Source: Lysobacterales bacterium (GTDB lineage Bacteria; Pseudomonadota; Gammaproteobacteria; Xanthomonadales; SZUA-5). From it: a DNA stretch of 64,000 bases. The translations under genes and the position numbers were made by a program. The number at the start of each line of letters is the position of its first letter. Position 1 is the first letter of the stretch. This document shows, in pieces, positions 1 through 8,699 of this stretch. The DNA lies in contig JALHMH010000015.1 of assembly GCA_022844165.1 (NCBI GenBank), positions 26,263 to 90,262 of the forward strand, in the 5' to 3' direction. Below the pieces are notes generated by a model, which was not told where the DNA came from, searched no databases, and saw nothing but the letters and a program-made list of their open reading frames with translations.

Positions 1-708
1 GGTGCGCCGCTGCTCACGTTGCCAGCCATCAACGGGCAGCGCGTCGCGTGGTACGTGGGCGCGGTTGCGCAGAACGCCTTTTCCGCTACGTCGTTCTTGC
101 CGATTCGCACCGAACGCAATCCGAACTTCGTGGAGTATTTCGCTGGCGATGCCAATGGTCTGAGAATCACCGAGTGGATGTACGCTGGCGCCGCCGGCGA
201 ATTTATCGAACTGACGAACCTCTCCGATGCCGCCATCGATACAGCCGGTTACAGCATTGATGACAGCAATGCGACGGCCGGTACCTTTCCCATTGGTGCC
301 TTTGGTGTCGTTGCGCCCGGCGAATCGGTGATCATTACGGAAGCCGACGCCAGCGCATTCCGCACTGCCTGGAACCTGCCTGCCGGTGTCAAGATCATCG
401 GTGGGCTTGGAAGCGTAGGCTCGGGAGGAAACAACCTCGGCCGCAACGATCAGATTCACCTGTACAACGGCAGCAATGCGCTGATCGACCGGCTGTTTTT
501 TGGCGACCAGACCTTCAGCGGCACCATTCGCACTCAGAACCGAAGCGGTCAAACACAGTGCGCCAATGTCGGCCAGAACAATGTGACGTTGTGGGTGTTG
601 TCGACGGCTGGCGATGTCTTCGGTTCGGTCACTGCGTCCGGCGGAGATGTTGGCTCGCCCGGTATTTATCTGGCTTCGTGCGGACTGTTCGCGAATGGAT
701 TCGAGTAA
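1..708 (+). CDS. Secreted lamin-tail-domain (LTD)-like protein, 5'-partial, ending in LFANGFE
   Basis: Frame 1 has no stop from nt 1, so the ORF probably continues upstream. 'ITEWMYAGAAGEFIELTNLS' and 'NDQIHLYN' resemble the LTD signature. It ends ...CGLFANGFE-TAA. Confidence 0.6.
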   Translation, partial: GAPLLTLPAINGQRVAWYVGAVAQNAFSATSFLPIRTERNPNFVEYFAGDANGLRITEWMYAGAAGEFIELTNLSDAAIDTAGYSIDDSNATAGTFPIGAFGVVAPGESVIITEADASAFRTAWNLPAGVKIIGGLGSVGSGGNNLGRNDQIHLYNGSNALIDRLFFGDQTFSGTIRTQNRSGQTQCANVGQNNVTLWVLSTAGDVFGSVTASGGDVGSPGIYLASCGLFANGFE

Positions 709-885
709 GTCGGTCGGCGCACACTGCGGTCCTTCGATGCGGAGTATCAACAACACAGCGCAAAGACAGCTCAGCGGCGATGCTTCGCTGGCGTTTCGCA
801 AACGTGTTCTTCATCCCCGTTCATCGGTTTGACGTATTTGCGGGAGATGATTGTTGAAACTGGATTCTTGAAGAGAGCATCTGCC

Positions 886-1587
886 ATGACCAAACTGCTG
901 CTGATTGTTGTCTCCACACTGTTCGCTTCGAGCAGTCTGGCCAGCGTCGAATTGCCCAGCTTGCCTTACGCCTATGATGCGCTCGAGCCGGTGATCGACG
1001 CAAAAACCATGGAACTGCACCACGTGCGACATCACGGCGCGCAGGTGACAGGTTTGAACGCCGAGTACGAAAAGAACCCTTCTCTTGCCAAGTTGTCGTT
1101 AGAGGCTCTACTCGGCAGCATCTCTACGCTGCCACCGGCGGTTCGAAACAATGCTGGCGGCCACTACAACCACTCGTTGTTCTGGACGGTGATGGCGCCG
1201 GAAGGTGAAGGTGGTGAGCCTTCTGAATCGCTGCTGGCGGCTATCCGTCGCGATTTCGGTTCGATGAACTCGCTTCAGACCGCATTCGCGGCAGCCGCGG
1301 CAACGCGTTTCGGCTCGGGATGGGCGTGGTTGATCGTCGATGAAGACGGCAAGCTCAAAGTCACGTCCACGGCCAATCAGGACAACCCGCTGATGGACGT
1401 CGTGGAAGACCGGGGCACGCCGGTGTTAGGCCTGGATGTTTGGGAGCACGCGTATTACCTCAATTACCAGAACCGCCGCAGCGACTACATCGTCGCGTGG
1501 TGGAAGATCGTCAATTGGCATGAGGTCAATCGTCGTTTCGCATCGGCCGTCGGGCAAAAGGGGCAGGATCACGACGCTGCGCATTGA
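886..1587 (+). CDS. Fe/Mn superoxide dismutase with N-terminal signal peptide (periplasmic/secreted)
   Basis: '[25 protein letters not shown]' and '[15 protein letters not shown]' are classic Fe/Mn-SOD motifs. The internal ATG at 886 gives [21 protein letters not shown], which looks like a signal peptide. Confidence 0.9.
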   Translation: MTKLLLIVVSTLFASSSLASVELPSLPYAYDALEPVIDAKTMELHHVRHHGAQVTGLNAEYEKNPSLAKLSLEALLGSISTLPPAVRNNAGGHYNHSLFWTVMAPEGEGGEPSESLLAAIRRDFGSMNSLQTAFAAAAATRFGSGWAWLIVDEDGKLKVTSTANQDNPLMDVVEDRGTPVLGLDVWEHAYYLNYQNRRSDYIVAWWKIVNWHEVNRRFASAVGQKGQDHDAAH

Positions 1588-1601
1588 TCGGCAACAATCG
1601 G

Positions 1602-2219
1602 CTATTGACCAGCGGCATCGCAGCGCTGGTTGAATTCGTCGATGGCGTGCGTGCGGCGGCGTTCGAGTCGCTCCTTTTCGCCGGCTGGCGTGAGCGACCA
1701 GACCGTGTGCGCAGCAGTGGCAGCCGTTGCGAGCGTCAGCACATTGCTTTCAAGCTCGCTGATGCGCCCGTCTCGAGCCGCTTCGGCACTCAGCAGCCGC
1801 AATCGGTCGGCGTTCATCGGTCCGGTGTTTTCACTGAGCATGAGGCTGACCGAAAGCAAATCGGAGTGCGGCGCTAAAGCGCGCCGCGCGTCGATCAGCG
1901 CATCCACTTCTGTGCATACGTGACGCATGGAGGTCATACGGCAAACGCCTTCGTCATGGCAGCGCAGGACTTCGCCGTACGCTTGTTGGCTTTGCGAATA
2001 GGCAAACTCAATGGCATCGAGTTGCTGTGGGGACTGAGCCGATTCCATGGGAGTCGCCGCGGCGTCGAGCAGTGTGCGAGCGTACAAAAGCCGATCGGTT
2101 TCGCCATCAATGACTTTCAGCGCCATCGGCGTATCGTCGTAACTGCAACTGGTCAGGATGGCGATTGACAACAAAGTTGCCAGAGTCCGCTTCTTGCCGC
2201 AGTGGTCGTTGTTTGTCAT
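1602..2219 (-). CDS. Hypothetical lipoprotein
   Basis: The N-terminus has a lipobox-like 'LLSIAILTSC'. I recognise no other family. Confidence 0.5.
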   Translation of the reverse strand: MTNNDHCGKKRTLATLLSIAILTSCSYDDTPMALKVIDGETDRLLYARTLLDAAATPMESAQSPQQLDAIEFAYSQSQQAYGEVLRCHDEGVCRMTSMRHVCTEVDALIDARRALAPHSDLLSVSLMLSENTGPMNADRLRLLSAEAARDGRISELESNVLTLATAATAAHTVWSLTPAGEKERLERRRTHAIDEFNQRCDAAGQ

Positions 2220-2381
2220 AGGCGTCCGCCCTTTTGTGATGCCCGATGCTCAATCGACAGTGTGCAACCAGGGAGCGCACGTGGCAAGGGCGACGAGGCC
2301 GATTCGTTGGACTTTTCGAAGGAGTTGCTGCGTTGGCCTGGGCAACCCGAACCGCGCATTCTGCCTCGGTCAATTGGCGGG

Positions 2382-2768
2382 TCAGGCGGTGGCCGAAGAC
2401 GTCGCGACACCCGCCTTGCGCATCGCAACCAGCCGCAGCAAACAGTAGATAGAACCGGCGATGAGTCCGGTTGCGCAAATCAGCATCGCCCAGATGCCGC
2501 GCTGATTGGGCGTTTGAATTTCGTCTGAGGCTGCGAGGTAAACAGCAAGAATCGATCCCAATCCAGAGGCTGGCGCAGCAACGAGGAACCAATAGGCGTT
2601 GATCCGGCTAAACAGCGAGTGGACCAACTGGCGAGCCCAGCCCTCAGGCATAGCGACATTCGCCGCGTAAAGAAGATCAAAGCCGCCCAGCGCGTCGAAC
2701 GTCCATCCGAACCCCAGCGCCAATTGCAGCGCCAGGGACGCGTAAAGCAGGAATTTGCGAACACGCAT
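2382..2768 (-). CDS. Small integral membrane protein (hypothetical)
   Basis: I trimmed the 261-aa ORF to the ATG at 2768, just downstream of the GST stop. Hydrophobic helices include 'FLLYASLALQLALGFGW' and 'IWAMLICATGLIAGSIYCLL'. Confidence 0.45.
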   Translation of the reverse strand: MRVRKFLLYASLALQLALGFGWTFDALGGFDLLYAANVAMPEGWARQLVHSLFSRINAYWFLVAAPASGLGSILAVYLAASDEIQTPNQRGIWAMLICATGLIAGSIYCLLRLVAMRKAGVATSSATA

Positions 2769-2779
2769 GTCCGACGAGA

Positions 2780-3463
2780 TCACTTGGTTCCGAACAAAAT
2801 GCGGCGCGTCTCTTCGGTCATTTGTGCGGGCGGTGTGTAAAAGTCGCCGTAGGCGTAAGCGCGCACCGTGGCTGGCCGCTCGCGGATCGCGTCGAACCAC
2901 CGCTTTAGATGGGGAAAGTTGTCGAGCGCCATCTGCTGGCGCTTGTGCGGCACGATCCACGGATAACAGGCCATGTCGGCAATGGTGTAGTCGTTGCCGG
3001 CAACAAACGCGTGCTGCGACAGCTGTTTGTCGAGAACACCGTAAAGGCGCGCTGTCTCTTTCACATAGCGCTCGATCGCATAGGGAATTTTCTCGGGCGC
3101 GTAGACGTTGAAGTGATGGTTTTGTCCGAGCATCGGACCCAGCCCGGCCATCTGCCAAAAAAGCCACTGCAAAGTGGTGTGCCGGCCGCGCAAATCGGAC
3201 GGCAAAAACTGCCCGTGTTTCTCCGCCAGATACAGCAGGATGGCGCCGGACTCGAACAGCGCAAACGGGTCGCCGCCGCCAACAGGCGCAGCGTCGACGA
3301 TCGCCGGCATCCGGTTGTTCGGCGCGATCTTTAAAAACGAGGGATCGAATTGGGCCCCCTGTGTGATATCCACGCGTTCGATGCGAAACGGCACGGCCGC
3401 CTCTTCAAGGAACAGGGTGATTTTGTGCGCGTTAGGTGTGGGCCAGTAGTGGAGGGTGAGCAT
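2780..3463 (-). CDS. yfcG: Glutathione S-transferase, YfcG-like (disulfide-bond reductase type)
   Basis: It aligns along its length with E. coli YfcG as I remember it: 'PTPNAHKITLFLEE', 'ISPNNRMPAIVD', 'ESGAILLYLAEK', 'LQWLFWQMAGLGPMLGQNHHF', 'IPYAIERY'. Confidence 0.85.
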   Translation of the reverse strand: MLTLHYWPTPNAHKITLFLEEAAVPFRIERVDITQGAQFDPSFLKIAPNNRMPAIVDAAPVGGGDPFALFESGAILLYLAEKHGQFLPSDLRGRHTTLQWLFWQMAGLGPMLGQNHHFNVYAPEKIPYAIERYVKETARLYGVLDKQLSQHAFVAGNDYTIADMACYPWIVPHKRQQMALDNFPHLKRWFDAIRERPATVRAYAYGDFYTPPAQMTEETRRILFGTK

Positions 3464-3720
3464 GGTGTGAGGTCGATTTGTGGTGGCGCGATGTTCGAGG
3501 GTCGCGCTCGCCGACGCAACAGTTGGTGTTCACAGGTCGATTTGCCTGAGCGTCATCGCTGCGCATCGATGTGCTCCAAAGGTGCAGTGCAGGTGCACTA
3601 CCCATGCGCATGACGAGCCGGTCGAAAGTCAGCGCCAATCCGAGCTTTCGCACTGCAACCTAATTGACAACCATTCGCATTACGATTAACTTAGCATCAT
3701 TGTTCCAGACATCTACGGCC

Positions 3721-3906
3721 ATGTACGTCTGTCTTTGCAATGGTGTGACCGAAGCGGCGGTGAAACGAGCTGCGGCGGCAGGTATCCGCAGTTTGGAGGA
3801 GTTGACAGCAGCCACCGGTTGCGGCGCGGGATGTGGTTGCTGCCGGGAGATGGCGGAACAGTTGCTCGACGAAGCGCACGGTTACGGTTTTGCGCTCGCC
3901 GCGTAG
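3721..3906 (+). CDS. bfd: Bacterioferritin-associated ferredoxin (BFD-like [2Fe-2S])
   Basis: 'MYVCLCNGVTE...TGCGAGCGCC' is the Bfd Cys pattern. It lies directly upstream of bfr. Confidence 0.85.
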   Translation: MYVCLCNGVTEAAVKRAAAAGIRSLEELTAATGCGAGCGCCREMAEQLLDEAHGYGFALAA

Positions 3907-3988
3907 GCAAAGCGCTTTCATTCGCATTTCGACATTGCGCGCCGAAAGTCTCTAGGATCGGGCCGTTACCGCAACGGAGTGCCGAACC

Positions 3989-4459
3989 ATGAAAGGCGAC
4001 AAGACTGTCATCCAGCATCTCAATAAGATCCTCGCCAACGAGCTGACGGCGATCAACCAGTATTTTTTGCATTCGCGCATGTACCGCAATTGGGGGTACA
4101 AAGTGCTGGCCGATCATGAGTACCACGAGTCGATCGACGAAATGAAGCATGCCGATCAGCTGATCGAGCGCATCTTGTTTTTGGACGGTCTGCCGAACCT
4201 GCAAAAGCTCAACAAACTGATGATCGGCGAAACGCCGGTCGACGTCATCCGCTGCGATCTGAAACTCGAAGAGATCGCGATTCCAGACTTGAAGGACGCC
4301 ATCGCGCATTGCGAGAAGGTTGCCGACTACGGCACTCGGGAATTACTCGAACACATTCTGGAGAGCGAGGAAGAGCACGTCGACTGGCTGGAGACGCAAA
4401 TGGCGCTGGTCTCGCAGTTGGGCGAGGCACTGTATTTGCAAAGCAAAGTCGGCAGCTGA
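3989..4459 (+). CDS. bfr: Bacterioferritin
   Basis: 'MKGDKTVIQHLNKILANELTAINQYFLHSRMYRNWG' is canonical Bfr. The length is 156 aa. Confidence 0.95.
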   Translation: MKGDKTVIQHLNKILANELTAINQYFLHSRMYRNWGYKVLADHEYHESIDEMKHADQLIERILFLDGLPNLQKLNKLMIGETPVDVIRCDLKLEEIAIPDLKDAIAHCEKVADYGTRELLEHILESEEEHVDWLETQMALVSQLGEALYLQSKVGS

Positions 4460-4595
4460 TCGATTCATCATCGGCGATCAACCGGGGCTGGTTCAATGTG
4501 CCGTGCCCGGTTGGTTGACGCGTGGCGGGCATTTTGAGCGCTGGTCAATAGACGTTGCGGTCGCTCAAGCGATTGGCGACCAACGCACTTGAACT

Positions 4596-4970
4596 TCACA
4601 TGGTTTCAAAACTGCCGCCGAAAACATCACTTTCGGCCTCAAAAGACACGACGCCGATTTGATCGCCGCGCATCTCCGTCATGGTCATCACCGATTCGTT
4701 TGCAGGCCGATCCTGAAACAGCACAGCAGCCAGACCCAACGCGGCAGCAGCGCCCAAAGCCGGACGCCAAAAACGTGATTGCCTCGATGCATTGTGCGCT
4801 TGCGTCACCCAGTTTCTCGCGAGCATCTCTGCGCCATCCTGCAACGCCATGGCCAACTTCAAGTCCCTCGCGACAGCACGGTCGGAGATCGCCGCCGTCA
4901 GCCAACGCTGGCGAGTGGCTTCATCCAGTTGAGGCCAGCGGGTCAGGTCATCGCGATTGAGTAGTGCCAT
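4596..4970 (-). CDS. Putative anti-sigma factor (single TM)
   Basis: It lies immediately downstream of the ECF sigma gene and overlaps it by 23 nt. It has one hydrophobic segment, 'ALGAAAALGLAAVLF'. The start is taken at ATG 4970. Confidence 0.45.
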   Translation of the reverse strand: MALLNRDDLTRWPQLDEATRQRWLTAAISDRAVARDLKLAMALQDGAEMLARNWVTQAHNASRQSRFWRPALGAAAALGLAAVLFQDRPANESVMTMTEMRGDQIGVVSFEAESDVFGGSFETM

Positions 4971-5484
4971 TGTTGACTCCTTCGCGCAGCGCATCCAGGC
5001 TGCGATAAACCACGTTTCTTGCCTTTGCCTCGGTCCATCGCAGGGCTTGACCAATTTCTGCGGTAGTGAATCCCTGCAAATACAAACCCAGCGCCTGCGC
5101 GACTTCGGGTTGCGTCGACACCAGTTCTTGCATCAGCACATGCAGATGGGCGCGTTCTTCATGCCCGATCCCATCGAGCGGCTGAACTTCCAGCGCTTCC
5201 AATCCAACATGTTCCCGATCTCCACCACGCACCTGACGCTTGCGGGCTGCATCGATCGCCACACTGACGACCACGCTACGAATAAAGGACGCAGGCTTGT
5301 CCCAGTTTCTCTCACGGCTCAATGTTTGCCAAAGACGAATACGGATTTCCTGCTCTACCTCTTCCAGGTCTGCCTCAGAAAGGCGACTATCCACAGACTT
5401 CAGCGTGGTTCGCACATACCGGCTCCAACGCGCCAAGAGCGCTTGAAACTCCGCCTCGAATGGTACCTTGCGCTTGAAAAACAT
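4948..5484 (-). CDS. ECF-type RNA polymerase sigma-70 family factor
   Basis: Region-2-like 'EQEIRIRLWQTL...FIRSVVVSVAIDAARKRQ' and region-4 HTH 'GFTTAEIGQALRWTEAKARNVVYRSLDALRE'. Confidence 0.85.
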   Translation of the reverse strand: MFFKRKVPFEAEFQALLARWSRYVRTTLKSVDSRLSEADLEEVEQEIRIRLWQTLSRERNWDKPASFIRSVVVSVAIDAARKRQVRGGDREHVGLEALEVQPLDGIGHEERAHLHVLMQELVSTQPEVAQALGLYLQGFTTAEIGQALRWTEAKARNVVYRSLDALREGVNNGTTQSR

Positions 5485-5837
5485 CAGCTTGCGCGCACAT
5501 GCCCAGCGGCGGCGAGCTCATCAATGTAGCGCTGCCAGTAGTCGCCCTGGTGCTGGCCTAACTCGTACAAGTAGCTGAATGAATAGATACCCGTCTTGTG
5601 GCCATCGTCGAATTCGAGCAGTACAGCGTAGTGTCCGACCGGATGGATCGCGGCGATATTGACGTTCTCCTTGCCCAATTGCAGAACTCGCTGATCGGGT
5701 CCGTGTCCTTTGACCTCCGCCGATGGGCTGAAAACGCGCAACAGCTCGCAAGGAAGGCGAAACACCTCACCTGTATCGAACGCGACTTCGAGGACACGGG
5801 AACGTTGATGGAGCCGAATGTCGGTTGGCTGGCTCAT
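5484..5837 (-). CDS. DUF971 family protein (gamma-butyrobetaine hydroxylase-like N-terminal domain)
   Basis: 'LPCELLRVFSPSAEVKGHGP...IHPVGHYAVLLEFDDGHKTGIYSFSYLYELG' matches the widespread DUF971 protein as I remember it. Confidence 0.8.
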   Translation of the reverse strand: MSQPTDIRLHQRSRVLEVAFDTGEVFRLPCELLRVFSPSAEVKGHGPDQRVLQLGKENVNIAAIHPVGHYAVLLEFDDGHKTGIYSFSYLYELGQHQGDYWQRYIDELAAAGHVRAS

Positions 5838-6913
5838 GTGCCGCCCTTGGCATGTACTGGCATTTCGCCGTCAAGCTTCTCGCCGCGATTCCATGCCAAT
5901 AACAGTGTGTATCCGACCGCGAGAAGCACAGGGCCCAGGAATACCCCGAGGAAGCCGAAGGCGAGCACACCGCCGATGACGCCCAGAAACACCAACAGGA
6001 ACGGCATCTGCGAGCCGCGGCTGATCAGATAAGGTTTGATGATGTTGTCGATCCCACTAATCACAAAGAATCCCCAGACGGCCATGAATACCGCGGCGGC
6101 GTAACGGTCTTGCGACCCAAGCCAGACAACCACGGGTACCCAGACGAGCGGAGGCCCCATTGGAATCAGCGACATGAAAAACGTCAGGAGCCCCAAAAAC
6201 AGTGCGCCAGGTACGCCGACGATCGAAAAGCCCACGCCCGCCAGCAGGCCTTGCGCCAGCGCTGTGCCGAGAATGCCGTACACCACGCCCTGGATTGTGC
6301 CACCCGCGACGTCGATGAACTGTCGCGCGCGCGGACCAATCAACCGCGTCAGTGCTTGACGCAATCCGATCGCAAGTTCGTCGCCGCGCCGGAACACAAA
6401 AAACGCAATGAACACCGACAAACCCAGCTCGACCGTGCCGCGCCCGAGCACCGCGCCGCCCTTGATCACGCCATCGCGCACTGGATTCAATGCCGCTTTA
6501 GCGGCCTCAAGCAGGCCGGTCTGTGATTCAAGTTCCTGCCAATAATCGGCGATGGCGACGCCGACCACAGGCAACTGAGCAACCCACGCCGGCGGCGGTG
6601 GCAATCCGCGTGCAACCCAGTCTTTCAGCGCCTGCGCCCAGGCCGAGACGTTCTCGGCCAACGTCAGGCCCACGACGACAAAAGGCAAAACCAGAACGCA
6701 CGCAACTGCCAGTGTCATGACGACAGCGGTTAACGTGCGCCTTCCTTGCAGTTTGCTCACCAGCCATTGGTACGCAGGCCAGCTTGCGTAACACAAGATC
6801 ACTGCCCACATCAGTGCCGACAAGAAGGGCTTGAGTACCAGGAAACAGCCCACGGCCAGGAAACTGAGCGCAGCAGCGGCAAACAAGGCTTCAATCAGTC
6901 GTTGACGATCCAT
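5834..6913 (-). CDS. AI-2E family transporter (PerM/UPF0118)
   Basis: Polytopic membrane protein of 359 aa. 'GLLTFFMSLIPMGPPLVWVPV' and 'ISGIDNIIKPYLISRG' are typical of the family. Confidence 0.85.
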   Translation of the reverse strand: MDRQRLIEALFAAAALSFLAVGCFLVLKPFLSALMWAVILCYASWPAYQWLVSKLQGRRTLTAVVMTLAVACVLVLPFVVVGLTLAENVSAWAQALKDWVARGLPPPPAWVAQLPVVGVAIADYWQELESQTGLLEAAKAALNPVRDGVIKGGAVLGRGTVELGLSVFIAFFVFRRGDELAIGLRQALTRLIGPRARQFIDVAGGTIQGVVYGILGTALAQGLLAGVGFSIVGVPGALFLGLLTFFMSLIPMGPPLVWVPVVVWLGSQDRYAAAVFMAVWGFFVISGIDNIIKPYLISRGSQMPFLLVFLGVIGGVLAFGFLGVFLGPVLLAVGYTLLLAWNRGEKLDGEMPVHAKGGT

Positions 6914-7021
6914 GGGTGTCGTATGCGCAAACCAGAGCCGAGTCTAGCGAGGTTTAGCCTCAGACCGGCGAGCTTTGTTGGCTCACGTCAAGCACGTTAG
7001 AGTCCTTGACGGCTCGACAAA

Positions 7022-7229
7022 TGAGTCAAGTTTTCGACGAAGCGGATTTGGCTTTTGAAGCCCCCTTGAGTCAAGCGGGGTGAGGATCGGCGCTGACACG
7101 CCGCAAGGCGTGTACGCGCCGAACGACCGGCGGCTGTGCCGTCGGGCCGGAAATGCGGAGCGCGGGGTTGTGGCGAGTACGCTGTCGGACGAAGCCAGCA
7201 ATGCTCGTCGGTCTGAGGCGAAGCCTCGT
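7022..7229 (+). repeat. Copy A of a roughly 205-bp dispersed repeat (second copy at 38501-38704)
   Basis: By-eye alignment to 38501-38704 gives about 85% identity in the same orientation. It contains two TGAGTCAAG motifs and conserved hairpins (GAGGC-GAA-GCCTC at the 3' end). Confidence 0.8.
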
Positions 7230-7302
7230 TAGTGGGTCGTTTGCGCAACCATGCCCTGAGGTTGCTCTTGTGTTCACGCAGACAGGCCACACCTTCTGAC
7301 CC

Positions 7303-8118
7303 ATGAACATCAGACCCCTGCCCGACGCGGCATTCACGCGTCAAGCACTGGCGCGAGATCGCCGTCGCCTTGAGACCGCCTTTTTTTGGGGGGCGATCAG
7401 CATCGCGCTGTTGTGGCTGGTGATGCTTGCCGAGTGGGCTGCTGGAACACGATTCTCGTTTCTCGGACTGGCCCCGCGCGAACTGACGGGGCTTGTCGGT
7501 TTGATCGGCGCTCCGTTGGTGCACGGCTCACTTGAGCACCTGATCGCCAATAGCATTCCAACTTTCGTCCTCATCAGCCTCGGTATGTATGCCGTGCCGC
7601 TGGCGACTGCGCGCGCAGTGCCGTTGATCTGGATCGTCAGCGGCGCTTTGGTCTGGCTGTTTGCCCGCGACTCGGTGCATATCGGCGCTTCCGGTGTGAC
7701 CCACGGTCTGATGAGTTTTCTGTTTGTGCTCGGTGCAGTCCGGCGCGATCGGATCACCATCGCCGTCGCGCTGATCGTGTTTTTTCTTTATGGCAGCATG
7801 GCCTACGGCTTCTTACCCACGAAAGCTGGAATCAGTTTCGAATATCACGGCGCCGGTCTGGTCGGTGGCGTCATCGCCGCGCTGCTTTGGCGAAATCTCG
7901 ATCCGCTGCCAGAACAAAAACGCTATGACTGGGAAGACGAACCTGAAAACGACGAGGAGTGGAACGACGATCCGCTCGAACCCCCGTCGCCGCAACATGT
8001 GCCGGTGCTTTGGGACGGGCCGCGTCGTCCCACGCGCGGTGCCTTGCTGCAATTTCCGTCGCGACGCCGAGTCGAGTTTGCCGATGACGAAGATGGTCGA
8101 ATCGAGCCGGAGCGCTGA
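7303..8118 (+). CDS. Rhomboid family intramembrane serine protease with acidic C-terminal tail
   Basis: Multi-TM protein. 'HGSLEHLIANS', 'HIGASGVTHGLM' (GxSG) and 'YHGAGLVGGV' match rhomboid catalytic Ser/His contexts. Confidence 0.85.
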   Translation: MNIRPLPDAAFTRQALARDRRRLETAFFWGAISIALLWLVMLAEWAAGTRFSFLGLAPRELTGLVGLIGAPLVHGSLEHLIANSIPTFVLISLGMYAVPLATARAVPLIWIVSGALVWLFARDSVHIGASGVTHGLMSFLFVLGAVRRDRITIAVALIVFFLYGSMAYGFLPTKAGISFEYHGAGLVGGVIAALLWRNLDPLPEQKRYDWEDEPENDEEWNDDPLEPPSPQHVPVLWDGPRRPTRGALLQFPSRRRVEFADDEDGRIEPER

Positions 8119-8159
8119 TTGAGGCTCAAACCCCATTGTTGGCGACAGCCAGGTTCCCT

Positions 8160-8566
8160 CCACCCGGGCCAGGCGATAAGCCGGGTTCTGTCGCGAACGA
8201 TCATTCCTCTGGAGCTGGCGTCGCCGCCAGTCTCAAGCAGCTTACCCGGGGAAGACGCGGGCCGCGCCATACTCCCCCTATTTAGCCTTGCTGCCGATGG
8301 GGTTTGCCGTGCCGTCCGTGTTGCCACGTCCGCGGTGCGCTCTTACCGCACCGTTTCACCCTTGCCCGCGCTCCTTTCGAAGCCGTTGGCGGTTTGTTTT
8401 CTGTTGCACTTTCCGTGAGCTCTCGCTCCCCAGGCGTTACCTGGCATCGTGCCCTGTGCAGCCCGGACTTTCCTCGGTGTTACCACCGCGATCGTTTGCC
8501 CGGCGCCGGATGGAGGGATCCGGAGTCTACTCTCTTTGGCAACCGTGGTTTGATCGCCTGGGCTTG
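8160..8566 (-). ncRNA. rnpB: RNase P RNA, bacterial type A
   Basis: The reverse complement contains 'GGAAAGTCCGGGC', 'GCCAGGTAACGCCTGGG', 'GGGTGAAACGGTGCGGTAAGAGCGCACC' and 'GACAGAACCCGGCTTATCG'. P1 pairs 8553-8561 with 8169-8177. The ends are approximate. Confidence 0.92.
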
Positions 8567-8699
8567 TGGCCACGGGATCGGCCATAAGTCGGTTCATTGG
8601 CTTGCAGCATTTTGACGTCCTCCCTTTTTGCCAACTGCCTCGTCGCGCACAGTATCGGGGTTACGTAGACTCGGCGCCCAACCTCCAAGGGCGTTATCA

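Noticed and set aside
2382-3167. A 261-aa ORF overlapping the GST gene on the same strand in another frame.
   Set aside because: The upstream 133 codons overlap the clearly real yfcG-like gene and translate to Arg-rich nonsense. Only the part downstream of ATG 2768 (a hydrophobic membrane protein) is plausible.
3660-3705. An AT-rich stretch upstream of bfd (TAATTGACAACCATTCGCATTACGATTAACTTAGCATCATTG) as a possible Fur box.
   Set aside because: My best by-eye alignment to GATAATGATAATCATTATC matches only about half the positions. It is plausibly a promoter or Fur site, but I cannot support that without a PWM scan.
4479-4513. A CAACCGGG...CCCGGTTG hairpin between the convergent bfr and anti-sigma genes, as a possible terminator.
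   Set aside because: It has an 8-bp stem with a roughly 19-nt loop and no U-tract, which is too weak to call from sequence alone.
7303-8118. The rhomboid protease as a rhombosortase-like processing enzyme for the LFANGFE-tagged proteins nearby.
   Set aside because: Rhombosortase substrates (GlyGly-CTERM) have a C-terminal TM helix. The LFANGFE proteins end without one. This rhomboid looks like a generic GlpG-type enzyme with an acidic tail. Proximity alone is not evidence.
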